The notes beneath the pieces were generated by a model that was not told where the DNA came from, made no database searches, and was given only the letters and a program-made list of their open reading frames with translations. A DNA stretch of 64,000 nucleotides, from NCBI GenBank assembly GCA_036676395.1, contig JAKFCY010000002.1, forward strand, positions 2,336,001-2,400,000. The letters run 5' to 3'. The stretch is from Bdellovibrio sp. (GTDB lineage Bacteria; Bdellovibrionota; Bdellovibrionia; Bdellovibrionales; Bdellovibrionaceae). Positions 58,642 through 64,000 of this stretch are shown one piece after another (position 1 is the first letter of the stretch; each line of letters starts with the position of its first letter). Position numbers and translations under genes: made by a program.

Positions 58642-60555
58642 ATGTCGAACTTTGAAAAATTTGGTAAATACATACTTTTAGAAAAGTTAGCCGCAGGCGG
58701 TATGGCCGAAGTGTATCTTGCAAAGTCTGTGGGTACGGGCGGCGTTAATAAGTTTGTCGCCATCAAACGTATCTTACCGCAATTTTCATCGAATCAAGAA
58801 TTTATCGATATGTTTCACGAAGAAGCGAAAGTTTCGGTAAATTTAACTCACTCGAACGTGGTTTCTATTTACGAATTTGGTACTGAAAAAGGCCAATTCT
58901 TTATCGTCATGGAATACGTTGAAGGCCGAAACCTGCGCCAGATCATCAATGAATTAAAAAAATTCAACCGCTCAATTAAAATTGAAGAAGCGGTTTATAT
59001 TGTTAAAGAAGCAGCCTCTGGTCTTGATCATGCGCATCGTTGCGTCGATCAACACACCGGCCGCCCTTTAAATATCACTCACCGTGACATGTCTCCGCAA
59101 AATATTATGGTGTCTTTTGATGGCGAAGCCAAAGTTATCGATTTTGGTATCGCTAAAAAAAGTGAAGCCAATGGCGAAGAAACAAAAGCTGGTACCTTAA
59201 AAGGAAAATTTGCTTACATGTCTCCGGAACAAGCTGAAGCCGAAGAAGTTGATCCACGCACTGACGTGTTCGCCTTAGGTATTATCTTGTGGGAACTTTT
59301 AGCGAATGACCGTTTATTCACAGGCTCTAACGAAAACGCGATCTTACGTAAAGTGCGTGAATGTCAAACACCGGCGATTAGAAAAATTAATCCGCTGGTT
59401 CCTGCTGAATTAGAAAGAATTGTAACTAAAGCTTTAGCGAAAGATAAAAACGTTCGTTATCAAACAGCTGCGGCCTTACAAAAAGATTTAAATCGTTTTT
59501 TAAATACCCAGTATCCTGATTTTTCACCACATGATTTCAGTAAAACAGTTGTAGACTGTTTTAAAAATGCCTTCCAAGAAGGCCGTGAAAAATTAATGGT
59601 CTATTCAAAAGTAGAAGTGAATACACCAGAAGCTGCGCCAATTTCATTTGCTCAACCATCTGAAGAAAAATCAGGCTCAACTTCTGAATCACCTAAATCT
59701 GCAGGAGGCGCACCTCCGCCAGTGCCTCTGATGAAGTTAAACCCTAATGAGCCAAAAGGTTTAGGGCAGGAAAATCAACTTAAGATTGATCTTGATGGTA
59801 TTAAAAATGCCAAGACTCAGCAACAGCAGCAACAAAACGTTAAGAATAATGCAAATCGCGGCATAATGCCAAAACCGATGTCGAACGAAACTAACGTTGG
59901 CCAAGGTACAAAAATTACCCAAAACACGCGCATCAACTACCCTGCTTCAAATAATAATGAATCAATGGCAGATATTGTGATGAAATTAGTTATTATCGTG
60001 GCGATGGGTCTTGCTGGATTTTATGGTTATAACAAATACGTAAATCCAAAACCTAAGATGGCTAAAAAACAACAAATCGAAGAAGGCCAAGTCGACCTAT
60101 CAGCGACTGCAGCTGTTAAAGTTTCGATTTCAAGCCAGCCAAGCGGCGCTCGTATTTTTCTAGATGGCTTAGATTCTGGCCGGTCGACTCCGGCTATTGT
60201 CACGGTTACGGCTAATAAAGATACAAAAATTACTTTAAAAAAAGAAAGCTACTATCAATACGAAATCACTAAATCGTTTAATGATACAGGTATTCTAACA
60301 ACGACATTACAGCAGATGCCACAAGCTGGATTTATTAACATCAACGTGCAAAACGGTGGTGCTAAGCCTGTAATTTATGTGAACAACCAGCGTTTATCTG
60401 AACAACCTCCGATCAAACGTTATGCTGTAACTGCAGATTCGCAAGTGACAGTGAGCGCGGTCAATCCGATCACGCAACTAAAAGATGAAATTACCGTTAA
60501 AGTTGAATCTAACAAAGAAGTAAATGTGGATTTAATTTTAGGGCGCACAAAATAA
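58642..60555 (+). CDS. Hanks-type Ser/Thr protein kinase with TM and periplasmic PEGA domain(s)
   Basis: GGMAEVY, VAIK, HRDMSPQN, DFG, YMSPEQ; TM; SSQPSGARIFLDG...TP PEGA motif. Confidence 0.92.
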   Translation: MSNFEKFGKYILLEKLAAGGMAEVYLAKSVGTGGVNKFVAIKRILPQFSSNQEFIDMFHEEAKVSVNLTHSNVVSIYEFGTEKGQFFIVMEYVEGRNLRQIINELKKFNRSIKIEEAVYIVKEAASGLDHAHRCVDQHTGRPLNITHRDMSPQNIMVSFDGEAKVIDFGIAKKSEANGEETKAGTLKGKFAYMSPEQAEAEEVDPRTDVFALGIILWELLANDRLFTGSNENAILRKVRECQTPAIRKINPLVPAELERIVTKALAKDKNVRYQTAAALQKDLNRFLNTQYPDFSPHDFSKTVVDCFKNAFQEGREKLMVYSKVEVNTPEAAPISFAQPSEEKSGSTSESPKSAGGAPPPVPLMKLNPNEPKGLGQENQLKIDLDGIKNAKTQQQQQQNVKNNANRGIMPKPMSNETNVGQGTKITQNTRINYPASNNNESMADIVMKLVIIVAMGLAGFYGYNKYVNPKPKMAKKQQIEEGQVDLSATAAVKVSISSQPSGARIFLDGLDSGRSTPAIVTVTANKDTKITLKKESYYQYEITKSFNDTGILTTTLQQMPQAGFININVQNGGAKPVIYVNNQRLSEQPPIKRYAVTADSQVTVSAVNPITQLKDEITVKVESNKEVNVDLILGRTK

Positions 60556-60602
60556 TATAAAAATAAATTCAAACAAAAATACAACAAGAGACGGCCACCA
60601 CC

Positions 60603-62342
60603 ATGACTACAACGAGTAAAACGAGCGATCAATCTATTCATCTTTGGCTTAAAAATTCTTTAACACGTAAAGACCAAACGGCTTTTATGTATAAGAAAAA
60701 AGGCGAATGGCTTAAAAAAAATTACTTCGAATATTTACAGCTTATTTCTCATATGCAAAGTCTGATCATCGAACAGCATGTACCAACAAATGGTAAAGTC
60801 GCTATTATGTCTGCTACCCGTTGGGAGTGGGCTTGCACGGATGTCGCCGCTTTATCTATGGGAACAATTTTAGTTCCGATTTATCCAAATTTAACTGATG
60901 AGGACGTCATCTATATTCTTGATCATTGCGAGGCGGATTTATTATTCGTAGATAATAAAAAAACTTACGCCCAGTTTGAACGCGTTAAAAGCAAAATTCA
61001 AAAACAAATTAAATGTTTGGTGTTTGATGAATTAGATATGGATGCTGGTTACGTGGCTGAAAGCTCAATTTTATTAATGATTGAACGCGCAGCTAAAATT
61101 AAACATGAAGACCCAGCTACAATTATTTACACTTCAGGAACCACTGGAAAACCAAAAGGTGTGTTATTACAACACCAAGCCTTAATTTCAGAAATCCATG
61201 AAGCCTTTTCATTATTTCAAATCGGCCCTGATGATTTATCATTGGCCTTTTTACCTTACGCCCATGTTATGGGTCGCGTTGAACACTGGGGTGTTTTATA
61301 CCGCGGTTGTCAGGTGGCTTACGCTGAATCAATTGAATTGTTAAAGAAAAATCTAGGCGAAGTAAAACCCACATTTCTAGTGGCTGTGCCCCGTATTTTT
61401 GAAAAAATTTATTCAGGCATTGCAACATTGGTTGCCGCGAACCCCGTTAAAAAAACATTATTTGACCAAACGCTGTCACTGGCAAAAAAGATTGCTTATT
61501 ACCGCAACACCAACCAGACAGCACCTCTTACCCATGCTCTTGCCTACCAAGCATTATCAAAAATCGTACTAGGCCCAATCCGCATGGCTTTTGGCGGCCG
61601 TTTACGTTTTGCAATCAGCGGTGGCGCACCACTAAGCCCTGAACTTGGCCAATTCTTTTCTTATTTAGGAATTCGCATTTTCGAAGGTTACGGTTTAACA
61701 GAAACTTTTGCCGCAATCACAGTTAACACTGAATCGCACTGGGAAATGGGCACCGTCGGCCGCCCGATTGGCGATGTTGAAATTAAATTTGCTGCTGATG
61801 GTGAAATTTTAGTGCGCAGTAAAAAATGTTTAAAAGAATATTACAAAAATCCAGAAGCTACTGCAGAAGCTATTGATAAAGACGGTTTTTTTGCCACTGG
61901 TGACATCGGTGAATTTACAGCCCAAGGTTATTTAAAAATTACAGATCGTAAAAAAGATTTAATTAAAACAGCTGGTGGTAAATACGTAGCTCCGCAAAAA
62001 TTAGAAGGTCTGTTAAAAGAAGAACCTGTTATTTCACAAGTTTTTATCTGCGGCGATCAGAAAAAATTTATCTCTGCCTTAGTTACAGTTGAATCTTTGG
62101 CTGTAGATGCCTCAGCTGAAGCTAAGCAAGAGGTTTTACAAAAGGTCAAAGCTCAAGTGCAAAAAGCTAATTCACAACTTGCAAGTTATGAAGCCATTAA
62201 AAAATTCGAAGTCATTTTTGAAGTCTGGTCAGTCGAAAATGGCTGCCTGACTCCATCAATGAAAGTAAAACGCAAATTCATTGAAAACCGTTATGCTCAT
62301 ATTATCGATGACATGTACGGCGGCAATGGAAGCGCTAACTAG
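60603..62342 (+). CDS. fadD: Long-chain fatty acid-CoA ligase
   Basis: IIYTSGTTGKPKG, EGYGLTET, TGDIG, DRKKDLIKTAGGKYVAPQ. Confidence 0.88.
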   Translation: MTTTSKTSDQSIHLWLKNSLTRKDQTAFMYKKKGEWLKKNYFEYLQLISHMQSLIIEQHVPTNGKVAIMSATRWEWACTDVAALSMGTILVPIYPNLTDEDVIYILDHCEADLLFVDNKKTYAQFERVKSKIQKQIKCLVFDELDMDAGYVAESSILLMIERAAKIKHEDPATIIYTSGTTGKPKGVLLQHQALISEIHEAFSLFQIGPDDLSLAFLPYAHVMGRVEHWGVLYRGCQVAYAESIELLKKNLGEVKPTFLVAVPRIFEKIYSGIATLVAANPVKKTLFDQTLSLAKKIAYYRNTNQTAPLTHALAYQALSKIVLGPIRMAFGGRLRFAISGGAPLSPELGQFFSYLGIRIFEGYGLTETFAAITVNTESHWEMGTVGRPIGDVEIKFAADGEILVRSKKCLKEYYKNPEATAEAIDKDGFFATGDIGEFTAQGYLKITDRKKDLIKTAGGKYVAPQKLEGLLKEEPVISQVFICGDQKKFISALVTVESLAVDASAEAKQEVLQKVKAQVQKANSQLASYEAIKKFEVIFEVWSVENGCLTPSMKVKRKFIENRYAHIIDDMYGGNGSAN

Positions 62343-62361
62343 TTAGGCGCGTTTGGGATAT

Positions 62362-62826
62362 TTACTGACCAAAAATTTCTTTTTTCAAGTTAGCAGTCGG
62401 TTTTTTTCCTAAATATCCAGTACAAATGCTGTCAGTTCCGGATAATGAGTTTTTGGTCATCTGATTTATTAGAGAAGCCTGTGCTTCGCTTAATTCGCCT
62501 TTCTGTAAGGCTAATTGCACATATTCTAAGTTAGATTTTTGACTTTGATACTGAGAAATACAGTAGGATAGATTTTGTTCTTTTCTATTTCTGTATTCCT
62601 GTCCTGAAACCGTTCTCCAAACTTTATTCCAATCAACAGAAACTTCAGCGCAGGTTCCCTGACAACTGAAATCGCCTGTGGTGATCCCCCGCTCAATACG
62701 CTCCCAATCAGGTTTAACTACTAATCTATCTCCGCCTTGAAGATCTGAAGTTGGCTGGCGCCAAGAATTAGACGCACACGAAGAGATAATTAAAGAAATA
62801 AACATAAAGCCAATAAATTTAAACAT
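62362..62826 (-). CDS. Hypothetical lipoprotein with four further Cys
   Basis: Lipobox ISSC; AGGGAG RBS. Confidence 0.7.
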   Translation of the reverse strand: MFKFIGFMFISLIISSCASNSWRQPTSDLQGGDRLVVKPDWERIERGITTGDFSCQGTCAEVSVDWNKVWRTVSGQEYRNRKEQNLSYCISQYQSQKSNLEYVQLALQKGELSEAQASLINQMTKNSLSGTDSICTGYLGKKPTANLKKEIFGQ

Positions 62827-63017
62827 AACAAAGAGTCTCCCTTATCTAAATCATGACTAGCATTGTGACGACGGTCAACTTCCGTCTTAAGATCTCTTTA
62901 CACCTGTCTAACAAAAAATGGCCTAAATAAATTCTAGTGCTCTTAAATAACTATAACCCAATCCTGTGGTGGCTTGATCCTCGCAAAGATCAAGGCATCA
63001 AACAGATTGGAACATTT

Positions 63018-64000
63018 ATGAAATCTATTATTTTATGGAGCATCATCTTATTACAGGTTCACGCCCACGCTTGTGACGACGCGATTAAGCCGTTTCCAAG
63101 AGATTGTGCGATCCAGGACCGCTTTGTAGCTCTTAAAAATACCTATGCCAATCGCCAGATCAATATAGATGAAATTGCTGAATACCGTGTTATTCGCTTC
63201 GTAGACCGCCAAAACTGGGAACGCGCAAAAACATCGCGGGTAAAGCCAGATCAAATTTATAAACCAGCCCCGGCAACGTGGGATGTTTGGGATGCTGGAA
63301 TGCGTGAAGTTATGCGAGTTGGCGGCGCCAAAGGTCAGCTGCAAAACGGCTATACACTTGATGAAGCCAACATTAGCTATGTGAATAAAGTTTTGTTATT
63401 AAACGAAGCCGAGAATTTAAATATTAAAGATAAAAATACAGACCAAACTTTAAAACCCGGTGAATACCGTAAAGTCACAAGCACTGGCGTCGGTTTTCGC
63501 TCTGGCGGAAAAAATTACGGTGATATGATCAATCTTTCTGAAGAATCTATGAACCGCCTACAAACTCGCTGGGAAGCAGCTATGGGCGCGACATTCAGCG
63601 ACCTTTTGCGTGATGCCGGTTCGGCCAATTTTACGGGTGCAAATTTAAGATCTGGCATGAAAGATGACCAAGGGCGCTCATTTGTTTTTTATGCGCCAAG
63701 CACAGTAGTGCCGGTCTCTATTGATTGGATCAAAAACTTTATTCGCTTAAATTTAGAAAGATATAAAACTGGAAATCCAGTTTTATCACCTATGGAATTA
63801 GCTGCCGTTGTGCAAAAATGGTTTGTCAGTATTCATCCTTTTTCTGATGGTAACGGGCGCACCTCACGCGCTATTCAAGATTTAATCTTAACTAATTTTG
63901 AAATGCCTGTTGTTCCAGGTGGCGACTTACAAGACGATGCTACAGCAGTTTATGAAGACTATATCGAAAGAACTTACGCTAAGACTGAAAGTATTTTGTC
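63018..64000 (+). CDS. Fic-domain protein with N-terminal signal peptide (3' end outside the window)
   Basis: Not in the ORF track. The frame is open from ATG 63018 to the window end: MKSIILWSIILLQVHAHA-CDD...PGEYR...FVSIHPFSDGNGRTSR, a canonical Fic motif HPFxDGNGRxxR with the His codon at 63834. Confidence 0.88.
   Translation, partial: MKSIILWSIILLQVHAHACDDAIKPFPRDCAIQDRFVALKNTYANRQINIDEIAEYRVIRFVDRQNWERAKTSRVKPDQIYKPAPATWDVWDAGMREVMRVGGAKGQLQNGYTLDEANISYVNKVLLLNEAENLNIKDKNTDQTLKPGEYRKVTSTGVGFRSGGKNYGDMINLSEESMNRLQTRWEAAMGATFSDLLRDAGSANFTGANLRSGMKDDQGRSFVFYAPSTVVPVSIDWIKNFIRLNLERYKTGNPVLSPMELAAVVQKWFVSIHPFSDGNGRTSRAIQDLILTNFEMPVVPGGDLQDDATAVYEDYIERTYAKTESIL

Noticed and set aside
59818..59835. 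Poly-Gln tract in the Ser/Thr kinase as a contingency repeat
   Set aside because: Mixed CAA/CAG codons in a low-complexity linker; in-frame and not a phase-variation tract.
63051..63344. 97-aa minus-strand ORF
   Set aside because: Antisense shadow of the plus-strand Fic gene.

Overview
Chromosomal window, mostly core genes, from a predatory Bdellovibrionota-like bacterium. The assignment is inferred from fused nuoCD, a CdgA-like degenerate GGDEF protein, GYF_2/PilZ proteins, a PEGA Ser/Thr kinase and many orphan lipoproteins. In order, the window holds: the start of a nuoB-CD-E-F operon without nuoA; a GYF-GYF-PilZ plus vWA lipoprotein pair; phnDCE plus an SMR exporter; HAD-rsmI-hrpB; a long coupled operon (pseudo-sensor, cdgA-like, alr, mlaE/F/D, GYF-TPR protein, lipoprotein, yhaM, cysE); nadB; a nucleoside ABC transporter; a head-to-head RND/TolC pair with no adaptor gene; a small hemerythrin islet (RIC plus DUF438-PAS) with matching Crp/Fnr-type boxes; rnhA; a beta-barrel plus a ~1740-aa metzincin lipoprotein; addAB; a barrel-lipoprotein-barrel trio; coaE, a Ser/Thr kinase and fadD; and, at the right edge and missing from the ORF track, a signal-peptide-bearing Fic-domain protein. 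No rRNA, tRNA, CRISPR array, IS or prophage was seen. The best leads are the exported Fic enzyme, the giant surface protease with its barrel partner, MlaD with its own predicted beta-barrel, the Crp/Fnr-boxed islet, the barrel-lipoprotein-barrel module and a 63-bp-period palindromic repeat. All calls come from reading motifs by eye; no database searches were run.
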